DNA from: Lama glama
Lineage: Eukaryota
Direction: 5' to 3'
NCBI GenBank assembly: GCA_028534125.1
Contig: CM052816.1
Location: 35,714,001-35,778,000 of the forward strand
Length of the DNA stretch: 64,000 nucleotides
Positions 23,090 to 34,678 of the stretch are shown here, in pieces. Below the pieces are notes generated by a model, which was given only the letters and a program-made list of their open reading frames with translations, made no database searches and was not told where the DNA came from. The stretch's first letter is position 1; every line of letters begins with the position of its first letter. The translations under genes and the position numbers were made by a program.

Positions 23090-24739
23090 TCAAACTTTGT
23101 GAAAGGAAGAATTTGACAAATTAATTAATTTGTCATTTCTCTAACCTAAGCACTTCTGCTGATGAAATCCTCCCTGTACTCTGAGGCAGGGTCCATACCC
23201 TGCAGCTCCCACCTTAGCTGCAGACTTGCCTGGCATGTGGATGTGGTCGCCAAGTGTATTGAGGGTCTAAGACAAGAGAAGTGAACACAAGTTTCTCTGG
23301 GGCTTAAAGGTGGTGTTCAGGAGAATGGATGTTTGAGATTACAGACACCCAGGTACTAGCACTGAGGTTAGGATGGCACAAGACTGGAGGGCCTCCAGAA
23401 TTGTTATGTGAGTAAAAGGACTTTTCCCACCTCTGGAGCTCCTTCCTGCAGCCCTGCGGGTTCCTCCACCACTGTGGACCTTCTCTTGTTGGGGGGCCCG
23501 CAGTCTCCCCTTTCTCATTATTTTCCCCTCAGTCTTCCCCTCAGCAGAACTTCGTGTACTTCACCTGTGACTTGTTCTCTACCAAATGCTGTGAAAACCC
23601 ACTTTCCCTGAGAGTAGACGACTGGGGCAAATTCCTTCCCAGAGTACACGCTTGAGTTTGATTGGTGTCTTCTGGATCCCATGCCTTTTTCCCCGAAGGT
23701 CATCTTCCATATTCAGAATCTGAGTCACTGAATCCTACAATTGGGGGACAGATTTTGGGAAAGATAGGTAGGACTTAACATCTCCAAAACATCTGTGGTT
23801 TATTAAATGTCACAATTGTGATTTCTTTCCTAATTCAAATATTTTTAATTATGTTAACTAATTCCATCCCTATTAACCACTTTATTATTGTTGGTGTTAC
23901 TTTAGTCCAGTTTTCAAAAGTCAGATTGATACTGCTTTTAACACCTCACAGGGAAGCTCCCCATGTTTGGGGTTCTTTCCAGTTTAACAGTTGATCCTTT
24001 AGGGATGTAAAGGAAATCATGAAAATGGCTGAGTCTTTGATTGGCCCCCACATCCTGATGCATGAATTTGATCAATTATACTTGGACACGTGTAGATCAT
24101 CGTATCTACATGTTCTTTAATGTGAGACTTTATAAGAAACCCTACCTTCTATGCTGGTGACCTTCCCTGACAACAGTAGCAGCATTGGTGACAGTGGAAA
24201 ATGCCATTTAAGGATGGAAAAAAAAAAAACCTAAAAATTTTTATGAAAAGTAATAAAAGTTAATTTCCATAGACACTTTTCAAAATTAAATAGTTGAGAC
24301 ACCTTACATTTTTCTCATAATTCTAAAAAATAATTAGATCACAATATAGATTAATTTCTTGTCACATTTAATTTTTTAGACAAAAGCTGTTGTTCAAAAA
24401 AATTTCATCTCCAAATGAAACCATTAAGACAATGCTATACCCTGCACCGTTTTCCCCATTGTATTTTGCTCTAGGACGATAAGGATTAGGCCTCCTAGAA
24501 TTGGAACTACAGATCAAGATGTGACTTTTAATCTGGCTGCTCATTTTCTTTAAAAAAATTTTTAAACCATCAAATTATTGTTTAAGAAAGAAATCTTCAC
24601 ATTGACTCCATACAATACTTCAGGTAATAGTTTGACTGCTCAAAAATCTTATTTTCAAGAGCCCAAAATAGAAAAACTTACACACATAATATCCTGGCAG
24701 CCGTAATGGGCTGTTAGCCCACAGTACCCTAGTTGTCAT

Positions 24740-24912
24740 TTAGAAAGATCTGGGTTCTGATCCCAGCTCCACTGTTCCCTCCCTGGTGACACTGAGTAAG
24801 TGCCTTCATCACTCTGAGCCTTGGTTCCCTCATCTATAAACATGAGATACTAACACCTACTCACCAGCTAATGTGAGGATGAAATGAGGCAATAAATGAA
24901 GAGCACTTAGCA
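24740..24912 (+). mobile_element. MIR SINE
   Basis: GATCTGGGTTCTGATCCCAGCTCCACT...CTGAGCCTTGGTTCCCTCATCTATAAA. Confidence 0.85.
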
Positions 24913-25130
24913 GAGGTCAGGGTTCAGTTTATTTAAGAAAACTACTCTGAGGAAGCCGGCTCGACTTTCAGGACAGGACAAAATATTGTCTACTTGGCAT
25001 CAGATTAAGACTTGCAGGTAATGAAATATCCTTGAAACAGACAAGGAGTCAGACTTGCAGGAGACCATGTAAATCCCAGTCTCAGGGAGGTTAGGGGACA
25101 CTTCAGACTCAAGCATGTGATGACAGTCTT

Positions 25131-25208
25131 TTTGTTTTTAACTTTTTTTATTGCTTTATAATCATTTTACAATGTTGTGTCTAATTCCAGTGTAGAGCAC
25201 AGTTTTTC
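25131..25208 (-). mobile_element. 78-bp L1 3' stub with TSD
   Basis: TTTTACAATGTTGTGTCTAATTCCAGTGTAGAGCA; 14-bp TSD GTGATGACAGTCTT / GTGGTGACAGTCTT. Confidence 0.85.
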
Positions 25209-25705
25209 GTGGTGACAGTCTTAGTGTCGTCTCCTGTATTTCCCAGGAACTAGGTGACCCTTGAACTGACAGCCGTCTGGCCTCTCGCCTGTTGTGGAGA
25301 AGCGCTCAAGAACAGGGCCTAGGTCAGGAGTGACAGCAAGGGAGGCTGCATGGGGAGCTGGAGGGACCTGCTGCTGAGGGGACACCTGAGGAAGCAGGCA
25401 GCAGCTTGAATTTAGCAGCTTGAATTTAGCTGGGGAGGGCAGCCGGGTGGGTGGGCAGCGTCTGCTGAGGATGAACAGCCTCATTCACTGACTAAAATGC
25501 TCTCTAAACAGCTGAGATGGAAGTGAGCTAGTGACAAAGCCGGAAATCTGGGTCCCTTGAGCCTAATAGGAAGAAAGGACTTCCATCCTACCCCCTGCCT
25601 CCCACTGCTTATCGACTGCTTTTTCTGCCTCCCTGCCTCTAGGCCACGCTGCCTTCCTTTTCTGCCACCAGGCCCTCTCTGTGGCCTCTCCCAGGCCACG
25701 CAAGC

Positions 25706-25890
25706 TGGTAGAGCATGGGCTCTAGAGTCAGACTTCCAGAGTTCAAATCCTAGTTCGGCCACTCATTAGGGTTTGGCAGATGACCTCATCCTTTGAGTCT
25801 CCGTGTCCTCATCTGTAAGATGGGATGGATGAATACTGTTTATCTCACAAGTGGTTATGGAAGATGAAATATAAACTTCTCAGTAAATAC
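25706..25890 (+). mobile_element. MIR SINE
   Basis: AGAGCATGGGCTCTAGAGTCAGAC...GTTCAAATCCTAG...CCTCATCTGTAAGATGGG. Confidence 0.85.
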
Positions 25891-27389
25891 TTGCCCTTGT
25901 AAAACTTCAAGAAATAGTTACTTCTTGAACATCTAGTGTGTGCCAGGCAGGAGACCCAGCAGGGAGGAAAGCCGTCCTGCCGACTGTCCTCTGGGAGGAA
26001 GGACCAGACAGCACTCATAATCAAACAGTGACAACGGCGATGTGAAGGGCAGATACCTGGTGCTACTAAAAGGTACATGGAAGGGCTGGGAGTGCTCCCC
26101 ACAGCACGTGACAACCTGGCATGTGTTAACCCCCGAAGGAGCCCAGGTCCAGCACCAGCTGGGCCAGAACTTCTGTTCACTCCACCAAGGGTCCCTCAGT
26201 GGAGGCGCGCCGATGCACTTCCAGTGAATGTGTGAGTTTTGGGGAAAACCATCTTGATGAGGCCATGATTCAAGGATGGCTCCTTGATGGGAGATTTAAA
26301 CTCTGAGAGATGTGAACATTCAGGTTAGCCTATAGGAGGTGAACCAGAAGGTGGAGGGATTCTTCAGGTGACAATCAGGATCTGTAATCTCAACGTTAAC
26401 TTGTGATTACCATAACTTTGTCCAAAGACTTCATTTTCACACATTTGGGATCCTCTTCCGATAGTGACGGTCTCCACCCCAGCCCATGTGAGCCAGTCCC
26501 CATCAGGTACTCTGTGCAGTGGTGGATTCACTCCCCATTTTCCTAAACCTGCTGGAAATGCACAGCCTCCTGCCCGAACTCCTGCTCTCTCTACAGCCTT
26601 GACTGTACTATGTCCTCTCTGGATACTTTGCCAACTCTCTTTACCAAAAGCAAAATTGGCTGCTCCATCTTCTGCGTCATCCACTGGCCCTCTACCTGTC
26701 TGGCTACCACCAACCCAGGGGCTGATCAAAGCTAGGAGATATGTCTGCATGCCCTGTGCCCGGCACATAGTGGCACTCAATTAATTCCTGTAAAATGACT
26801 AGACCTCTTTGGCCATCCCTGCAGCTCTGACATCCTATAAAATAAAGCCTGAGTTTTCATTAAAAAATAATAGTATTTAGGAAGAAAATAACACTTGTAT
26901 TATATTACCTCCTTATTACATATTGGCTTCCAAATCTCTAATTCTTTCATGTATTTTCCTTATCCTAAATCCTACCCTCATTTAAACTCTGAATACATTC
27001 TTGGTACTTTGTAGAAGTAAATAATAATGCATTTTATCTTGTATTTATTTGTCCAAAAACTGTTCTTGAATATGGACATATAGAGAGAGGCATAGCAGAG
27101 TGCAGAGATATTTATAACATTTGACTCACTTCAGAATGATTCCTGGGATTTTTGCTGGGTCAGCCATCTGGCTCCTATACTGTGGGCTGTCTGGCGTCTC
27201 ACTGCGGTGTCTCCCAACCTTCCATCCCCTCGTTTCGTTGGGTGACAGCTTGCTTCAGTGGTCAAATCCATCCCCCACCTCCTTGAGCCCTTCTCCTGCA
27301 CAAGCCAACCTCTGAATTGTTGTAATGGACGTAGCTGAGGTGGTGGCCACGTATCAGAGGTGGAGGGTGGAGAAGAAGGGAAAGGGGGA

Positions 27390-27620
27390 GCTCCCAGCTG
27401 CATGACTGTCAGGGGCTTCTGGTGGGGGAATCTGATGGAGTCAGGAGGTGAGAGGAGGACCAGCTGCTTACAGCTATTTATAAGACTGTCATATGGGGGA
27501 GTGTGTCTGGCCGGCAGAAGCAAAGGGGGGTGGCGGACTGAACTGGCTCCTTATTTAGCTTTATGACACACACGCAGCCCAACTGTGAGAACCCGCTCTG
27601 GGTGGAGACACCTGGTCAAA
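27390..27620. promoter_or_regulatory. candidate muscle-type enhancer
   Basis: CAGCTG at 27395 and 27461, MEF2-type CTATTTATAA at 27474, CArG-like CCTTATTTAG at 27549. Confidence 0.3.
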
Positions 27621-27949
27621 TCTGCCTCCGCCAGACGGTGGGAAAGAACATTGACATTTCTCAATGGAATTGAAAATGGCAGTGCAATTGAGTTTTCAGC
27701 AAGAGCAATAAACTTTTTCTACCTTCTTTTTCTCCCTTGCTCAATCTTTGGGGCCTCCCATCAAAGCGACTGGTGTTACCCACAACCCCTGGGCCCAGGA
27801 GTGCCGGCCCCCCACCTGATGATCATGCAGCATTAGACAGGAAAGAACAAAAGTGGAGTTCAACTCTTCTTTCAGCTGGGCAGGAGCAATCAAAGGCAAG
27901 ATTTTTACAAAACCAGCTAAGCAGCAGGAAACAGAGTGTCGGTTAGTCT

Positions 27950-28135
27950 CTTGGAGTGGAGGGAGGTTAATAGTGTGGTGCATTTGGGGTCTGTTTGGGG
28001 ACCAATGTTATTTAATGTGTTTATTATTGATTTGCAGGAGCAAGTGGATAGTAAGTTAGTGAAAGCTGTGGAGGGCACTAAGTTATTTCACTTAGTAAAC
28101 ACCGCAGAGAGTTGTGGAGAATTCAGGAAGGCTTT
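27950..28135 (+). mobile_element. ancient CR1/L3-clade LINE reverse transcriptase fragment
   Basis: WREVNSVVHLGSVWGPMLFNVFIIDLQEQVDSKLVKAVEGTKL aligns by eye with the CR1 RT motif W..[26 protein letters not shown]....LSKFADDTKL. Confidence 0.85.
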
Positions 28136-29072
28136 TCCATGGAGTTAAAGAAATTAGAAATGAAAACGTCTTGTTAGATGATGTACTCCATCCCAGTGGG
28201 CCAGCAGAGAATTGTTGCTGACAATAGAAAATATTTCTTACAGTTTAATTCAACCTCAAGTTTTAAATGCCTTGAGTGCACTCCCCTTCCCCTGGGAACA
28301 TGGAAGTTCAGTCTCTTCCCTAATGCCTATCTCAAATTTTTCTTTTTAAATTCCGTCTATTTCACCTCACAGCTAGCCCATGCGAATGTGTACTCTTGTT
28401 GGATCTCAGTATTTCACTTTCTATACAGCACAATAAAAGCAGACCATTAACATTTCTCCTAGCAATTTCTGCTCCAAAGTATTTCTTTTATCTTTTCTTA
28501 AACGATTTTGTCATTATTCATTTTTCCTAGTCCCCAAATCCTGGTGGCTACCCCAGCTCCTAATTTCCCTTTCAGATCCCCAAAGTAGTCTGGTTCCAGT
28601 CCTGGCAAGTTGTTCTGATGGCCCCATCTCCAACTCCAGAGGGAAGAAAATTACGGAAATTTTATCCAAACCTGTATTTATGCAAATACCTATTTGTATA
28701 TCTGTCCAATGCAACGGCCTGTGGTCAAAGTTCAGGTCCTAGAAACCATGTTTGCCAAGTCAGTATATTGAAATTTACATTTCCAACTTGCCATCTAGGT
28801 TCTCAAGTTTCAAGTATTTGTCCAGCTCTATTTGTGTTTTAGCTTAATCTCCCCCGGTGAACTGGTTTGCAGGTTTCAATTCCCAGAGCAGGGAGTTCTA
28901 GGTCCCAGTGAAGTTGCATGGAGCATTTCTTGTTGTTTAAAATATTCCTGAATGAGCTGAGAGAAGGAGCAGCTTTGATGAGAGATGGCTCTTTAAATAA
29001 ATGTAAAATTCTTTAAAAAACTGACACCTAATCAAACTGCTTGACTACGTCAGGAACATGGATAAACATGAT

Positions 29073-29102
29073 CTGAGGATGAGGATGAGGATGAGGATGA
29101 TG
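29073..29102. repeat. (GAGGAT)n hexamer repeat
   Basis: Directly visible. Confidence 0.9.
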
Positions 29103-29330
29103 TGAATGTGTGTCCAACCAAGAGAATGGGGGAGATTCCAACTTGTTATGCAGTTGTCAATTTTTTTCTTCCCATTTGTAGTGTCTTCCTATTTGCCCCC
29201 CTCCTGCTGTTGTGTATAACCATTTATTGACCTGCCTACTGCAGCGTAGACAAGGAAGAGATGGCACTGGAGAAGCTGCATGGAGAAAAGTCTTCTTCCA
29301 GCTTTGTTGGTATTTTGAGGAACTTTATAC

Positions 29331-29620
29331 TGTAGGGGGTGGTGACATGCCACTCCCATCCCACTTTAGGACTGAGGGCCTCATTTGTCCAGCCAGCAGG
29401 AATGTGGGTGGAGCTGGTGGCTGATAGCTGGCAGCTGACTCACTCCAGGAATTAGCCTAGCGCTGGAGAGAGCAGCCTTGCCCTAGGTCACATCTCTGCC
29501 TTGGAGGAGATAACGACTGAGCCATTTCACTCTCCAAAATGGCTTATCCCAAGAGCACTCCCCAATAAACTCCCTACGTGCTCCGTTTCAGTCTACTTCC
29601 GGGTAACCTGACCTAAGCTA
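29331..29620 (+). mobile_element. ERVL LTR (LTR16A-like), internally deleted
   Basis: TTTAGGACTGAGGGCCTCATTT...AGAGCACTCCCCAATAAACTCCCT...GGTAACCTGACCTAAG. Confidence 0.75.
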
Positions 29621-29699
29621 GATATCCATGTAGGACAGATGTTACTATCCCCATAATAAAAATACAGGACTGGACGCTCAAAGCATACAAACCTTTCCC

Positions 29700-30020
29700 C
29701 TTTCATAGCACTAATCGTATTTTATTGTTTAATTATCTCTGTCTCCCATGCCAATCAACAACTCACAGAATCACCGAAACACTCTATCAAAATTCATATA
29801 CCCAGGGTCATATCCTCGAGATGCTTACCCAGCTCTATTGACACTGGACTGCGATCTCAATGAATATATTTTGAAAAGCTTCCCTGGTGACTCTAAGGGA
29901 TGTCCTTGTCTGAGAATACCTGGGAAGAAAGGTCCAGTGTTTCTTACTCATTATTGTCCCCCAGCACCTACAACAATGCCTGGCACATGGCAGCACTCAA
30001 TAAATGTTAGTGAATGAATT
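29700..30020 (+). mobile_element. L2 3' end containing a MER5-type MITE (about 29755-29920)
   Basis: TGCCTGGCACATGGCAGCACTCAATAAATGTTAGTGAATGAA tail; inner AGAATCACC...AAAAGCTTCCCTGGTGACTCT. Confidence 0.75.
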
Positions 30021-30657
30021 CCCCAAAGTCATAGACTGGTTTATAACAAAGCCCTAGAACTCCTCCTGAGCCATTGCTTTCACTGCTGGAGATATTTACC
30101 AAAAAAAAAAAATAAATAATAAGAACTTTCTTAGCAATCTCTTCATCATCACTCTTTTGGCAATTGTTTATTTAACTCTAAATTCCTCTCAGCAATGGCA
30201 ACAAAAATAAAACCACACAAAAAAAGCTGCATACTAATGGGCTCTCTTAATGATTTTACCTCCCAATTATATCACGCACTCCACTACCATCCCCCACTCC
30301 AGAGTCATCTGTGCTAGAAAGATGGTGGATACGCATATTAGTCTCTGGTTGTAATGAACACATCCATTATAAAAGCAATAGTAACTGCAACGGGGATTAT
30401 GTGCGTGGTGAAAACATCTCCAGTGCCTTGTAAACACCTCAGCCTTCTGGCAGCCCCTCTGTGGGCCTATTTACCGCCTTGACGACGCAAGGTAGCTACT
30501 GTCTAATTATACACAACTGGCTTGGTTAATCCTGTATAATAATAATTAAAAACAATTCATATTTTTTTTCTTTTGCTCTCTTTATTAACTTTAAACTTTT
30601 AAAAGCCTCAGAGGTCCCTGTAGAATCAAAAGCTTATTAAAATATCAAGACATGCGA

Positions 30658-30757
30658 NNNNNNNNNNNNNNNNNNNNNNNNNNNNNNNNNNNNNNNNNNN
30701 NNNNNNNNNNNNNNNNNNNNNNNNNNNNNNNNNNNNNNNNNNNNNNNNNNNNNNNNN
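30658..30757. other. assembly gap (100 N)
   Basis: Directly visible. Confidence 1.
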
Positions 30758-31624
30758 GCACATCAGGGGAGCGCGCCCCGCACTGCCTGCCTGCAGCCGT
30801 GGTCCTGGGATGGTCCTCAGGGAGGCCTCCTGGGCTCCAGGGGCCTCTGGCTACCTTGGCTACCTGGCCCGTGGAGCCCTGGTGTCAGCTCCAGCCTGTA
30901 GAGGGGAGGCTGCAGCTGCTGGAGTAGCCAAGCGAACAGGTGAAGGAGGCAGCTGCTTGGCTTGTGGGGAAATAAAAGTGAGTCTTAGCTCATAAACCCA
31001 CGTGCACTTTCTGAGAAGGTGCATGCCGTGAACGCGCTGTAGCCCCTCCCTGGGCCTGGTTTCCAGGCCATGTGCTTCGGGCTCCCCTTCATTGATATCT
31101 TTCCTCTTTGGAAATTGCCCTTTGCCTTATTTCACCTCCTTCCAGGCTTGGAAGGTGGGGCTTGGGCTGAGTTGTATACACGGTGAGACTGGGCTGCCAG
31201 CCTCCCTCGAGTGGCCTCAGGCCCTGAAGGCTGTGGGGACAGCCCAGATGAGGCTAGTTACTGATTCCCGACGTGGTCCCTTCTTATTCCCTCACCGAGA
31301 GAGAAATCTGTGTGTTCTGCGGAGCATCCGAGCATTAGACTGAGATGGTTGGAGTTGAGGGGAAAGGAAAGATTCCCTTGCTTACTCATACTCACTAATT
31401 AGCACTAAATAATTTTAATTGGTCTCAAGAAGCAGAGGAGAGTGTGAATGCACGTAGGCCACACACGGGCGAGGACTGCTCTTTCCAGAGCAGTCGTGTG
31501 ATCTGTTTGAGCACCTTCTGGGGTCAGGCACTGGGCCGGGTGTTTTACAAATAGGTAACCTCCCACCTGAGATCGGGAACCATATGTTACTCAAATCTAA
31601 GTACCTAGTACAGTGACTACACTT

Positions 31625-31735
31625 AGTACATATTTATTAACTGGATTAACTCATTTATAATCCTCACAATAACTTCACAGGAGGCATTCATATTCCCATT
31701 TAGCAGATGTGGAAAGTGAAGCTTGGCAATTTGCT
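31625..31735 (-). mobile_element. MIR SINE
   Basis: ATTAACTCATTTATAATCCTCACAATAAC...CCCATTTAGCAGATGTGGAAAGTGAAGC. Confidence 0.8.
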
Positions 31736-31759
31736 TGAGCCCTGGCTTCAGCCGCCTTC

Positions 31760-32840
31760 TTCCCTTGGCTTTCACGTCACCACACTCTTGGTTGCCATCC
31801 TCCCCCTCCTTCACCCGTTCCTCCTCTTCTCCCTGATCTCTTAATTTGGGAGAACCTCCTTTCCTAAATTTACTCCATTGGTAATCTCATTGAACCCCAT
31901 GGCTTGAAATACTGACAACTCCCTCATTTCTATTTCCAGACCAGATGTCCCTCCCACACTCCAGACTTGTATCTCCAACTGCTGTTCGGCATTTCTTATC
32001 TCTGTTTGGAGGTCTTTTAGATATTTCGATCTCAGTATGTTGAAAATGAAAGTCCCGATTCTCCTCTACCAAATCTACTTCATGTGATGCCCAGCCCAAC
32101 TCAGTGAGGGCAACTCCACCCTTCCTGTAGCTCAGGCAAAGAGCAATGCACCATCTCTGGCTCCTCTCTTTCTCTTGCACTCTGCCCATCCTCTATCTTC
32201 AAATATACCTAATTTGGGACTTCTTGTCAGTCCTCCAATTTTGACACCCTGATCTGAGCCATCATTATCTCTTGCCTGAATCATAGTAGCAGCTACTGTT
32301 CCCCCTGCCTCTAGCCTTGTCCCTAACACTGTAGCTAGAAAAATCATTATTATCAGTTCAGGGGCTCTATGGCAAGTTGTTCTTCACAATTTTTCCATCT
32401 ACTTCAGTTTTGATTTCAGGAAAACTTTTTTTTTTTTTCAAACCATGCCACCCCTTTGTTCAAAATCCTACAATTCAGAGGCAGGGGTGGCGGGTAGGTA
32501 TAGCTCAGTGGTAGAGTGCATGCTTAGCATGCACAAGGTCCTGGGTTCAACCCCTGGTACCTCCATTAATTTTTTTTAAACCCTAAATGTACATCATTTC
32601 ACTCAGAGATAAAAAAAAATCAAAATCCTACAGGATACAACATGACCTGCTACCATCTCTTACCTGATAGATCTCATCTTTTTAAATCCACCCTCATCCC
32701 TTCAGTTCCAGCCATCCTGTCTCCCACCTTTGTTCTGGCCATTCCCTTCTGCCTGAAATACTCTTTCTCCCGAAATTCACAAAACTAACTAAAATGCCTG
32801 AAATCCTTGTACAGATCACACTTTCTCCATGAGGCCTCTA
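31760..32840 (+). mobile_element. L2 LINE, interrupted by a SINE
   Basis: CACTCCAGACTTGTATCTCCAACTGC and GCCATCATTATCTCTTGCCTG L2 motifs. Confidence 0.85.
32484..32585 (+). mobile_element. tRNA-derived SINE, vic-1 type
   Basis: GGTATAGCTCAGTGGTAGAGTGCATGCTTAGCATGCACAAGGTCCTGGGTTCAACCCCTGGTACCTCCA. Confidence 0.9.
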
Positions 32841-33974
32841 GGACAGTGCAGCTTAGTCAATGAGATAAACACAGAAATTTACAGTGTATAGGAATTTTTA
32901 GAGCAGATTGTCACGGCCCTGACATCCATGCATGGTCTCTTGAGCAGGGTTTAGGGCAGCCTGTGTATCGCTACGCTTGGGAGAAAGTCACATGTGATAC
33001 GAGCTTGCTCCCTAGTCATGCACAGTAGACCCAACAGATCAGAATCTAAAAAGCTACTTCTCTGTCACAGGAAGTTTGAGAGGAACTGACTGTCCTAGAG
33101 ACCTCATGGGTGTTGAGGAGACTGTTCAGTGTTAAGCTGGGACTTGGAGGTTGGGAAAGAATTTGTTCCATTGTCACCAGCTGACCTGACAATTTCAAGC
33201 ACCAACAAGTTTATTTCTCCATTCTTCTCTCATTTTATCCAAGACCTTTATTCTCTTTTTCTGCTAGACGGTTGTATGTGATCCACTCAGTTAACTCGGA
33301 GGGAGAGAAGGGGGAGGGGCAGCTCTAGAGACACAAAGAACACAGCTGCTGAGCATGACAGCTGCTGCTTCTGTCACTGAACCTGGGAATTAACTGAATT
33401 GGAGAGACTGGATAGAATTAGCAAGCTGTTGGACGGATCCACTGGGAATTGGCTCCCTTTGAGCTGGTAGGGATGGGGATTTGGGGAGGAGGGCTGGGGT
33501 GGGAAGCTCCCTGAAGACCCTATGGATGAGTGCTCACCTGGGATCTGCTGGAACTGCAGGCAGTGCTCCCTGGAGCTCAGTGGTGTTGGTCTCCCCAGCT
33601 TTGCCCCCTTCTCAGAATCATCGCCCACCTTCCCCCACAGCAGATATTTTCCTCCTTGCCTTTCTATCACCTGTGGTAAAGTAGTTATCTTGATCAAGGA
33701 AGCATGAAGGGCTCTGACATTTTAATTATCATCTGTCCCCTTGAACATCAAGAATAAGAGGAAAAACAAATCCCCTAAGAGTTACCTGCTGGAAGGCTTT
33801 GCCAGGTCTCGTTTTACCCTACCCCTCATTATATAGTTAAGCCGGGTCTGGGCTAGGAGTGACAGAAAGGGGGACCGATGAGAATGCAAGGCTGTGTGTG
33901 GCCTGCAGAGCAGAGCTGAGACCCTGGAGGTGGGTGTGGATGGTGTGAAGAGGTCTGCACCATCTTGGCTCCGT

Positions 33975-34100
33975 TTCTGAGCCCTTGTGTGGATTGTAAG
34001 CTAGTTGCATAATTTCTCTTTGCCTCTGTTCCTTAATCTGAAAATGGGTCTAATACTAATATCCTAGATGGGTGTGAGGATTACATTTATGCAGAAAATA
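33975..34100 (+). mobile_element. MIR SINE
   Basis: TCTCTTTGCCTCTGTTCCTTAATCTGAAAATGGG...TGTGAGGATTA. Confidence 0.65.
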
Positions 34101-34241
34101 TACAGAAGGCCCTATGTACATGAGAGCCAGACACCTCACAAGTGCTGAAACAATAAGCAGTGGTAGCAGGTGCTTTTAGTGAGTTATGTTTATGTGCATT
34201 TTACCAATTTCTGGACACCTTTTACTCTCTTCCTCCCTCAG

Positions 34242-34678
34242 TGTGGTGGGCAGAATAATGCTCTCCTTCTCCTCCCAGGATGTCTATAGCCTAATACCTG
34301 AAACCTGTGAATATTATGTTATACTACAAAGGGAAATTAAGGTTGCAGATGAAATTAACATGCTAATCCACAAGGGTCATCAAAAGTGGAAGAGAGAGGC
34401 AGAAGAGAAGGTCAGAGTGATGCAGTGTGAGGACCCAACCCCCTGTGTTGACTTTGAAAATGGGAGAAAGGGGCTGGCAGGCGAGGAACGCAGGCAGTCT
34501 TGGGAAGCTGGAAAAAGCTGGAAAGGGATTCTTCTCTAGTGCTTCCAGAAGGAATGCAGTCCTGCCAACACCTTGGTTTTAGCCTCATGAAACCCATTTC
34601 AAACTTCCAGCCTCCATAACTGTTTTAAGCCACTAGATTTGTGGTCATATGTTACAGCAGCGATAGGAAACTAAAACA
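34242..34678 (+). mobile_element. MaLR LTR (MLT1D-like)
   Basis: TGTGGTGGGCAGAATAATG start and GTTACAGCAGCGATAGGAAACTAAAACA end. Confidence 0.9.

Noticed and set aside
25402..25429. Tandem 14-bp duplication (also 18-bp at about 52994-53030 and 10-bp at about 41312-41331) as array or CRISPR-like repeats
   Set aside because: Only two units each with no spacers; ordinary slippage duplications in a mammalian genome
27936..28148. Functional reverse transcriptase or retron-like gene
   Set aside because: Only about 60 aa with the catalytic FADD motif lost; a eukaryotic CR1 LINE fossil
33343..33364. Paired CAGCTG E-boxes
   Set aside because: Too little supporting context to call an enhancer
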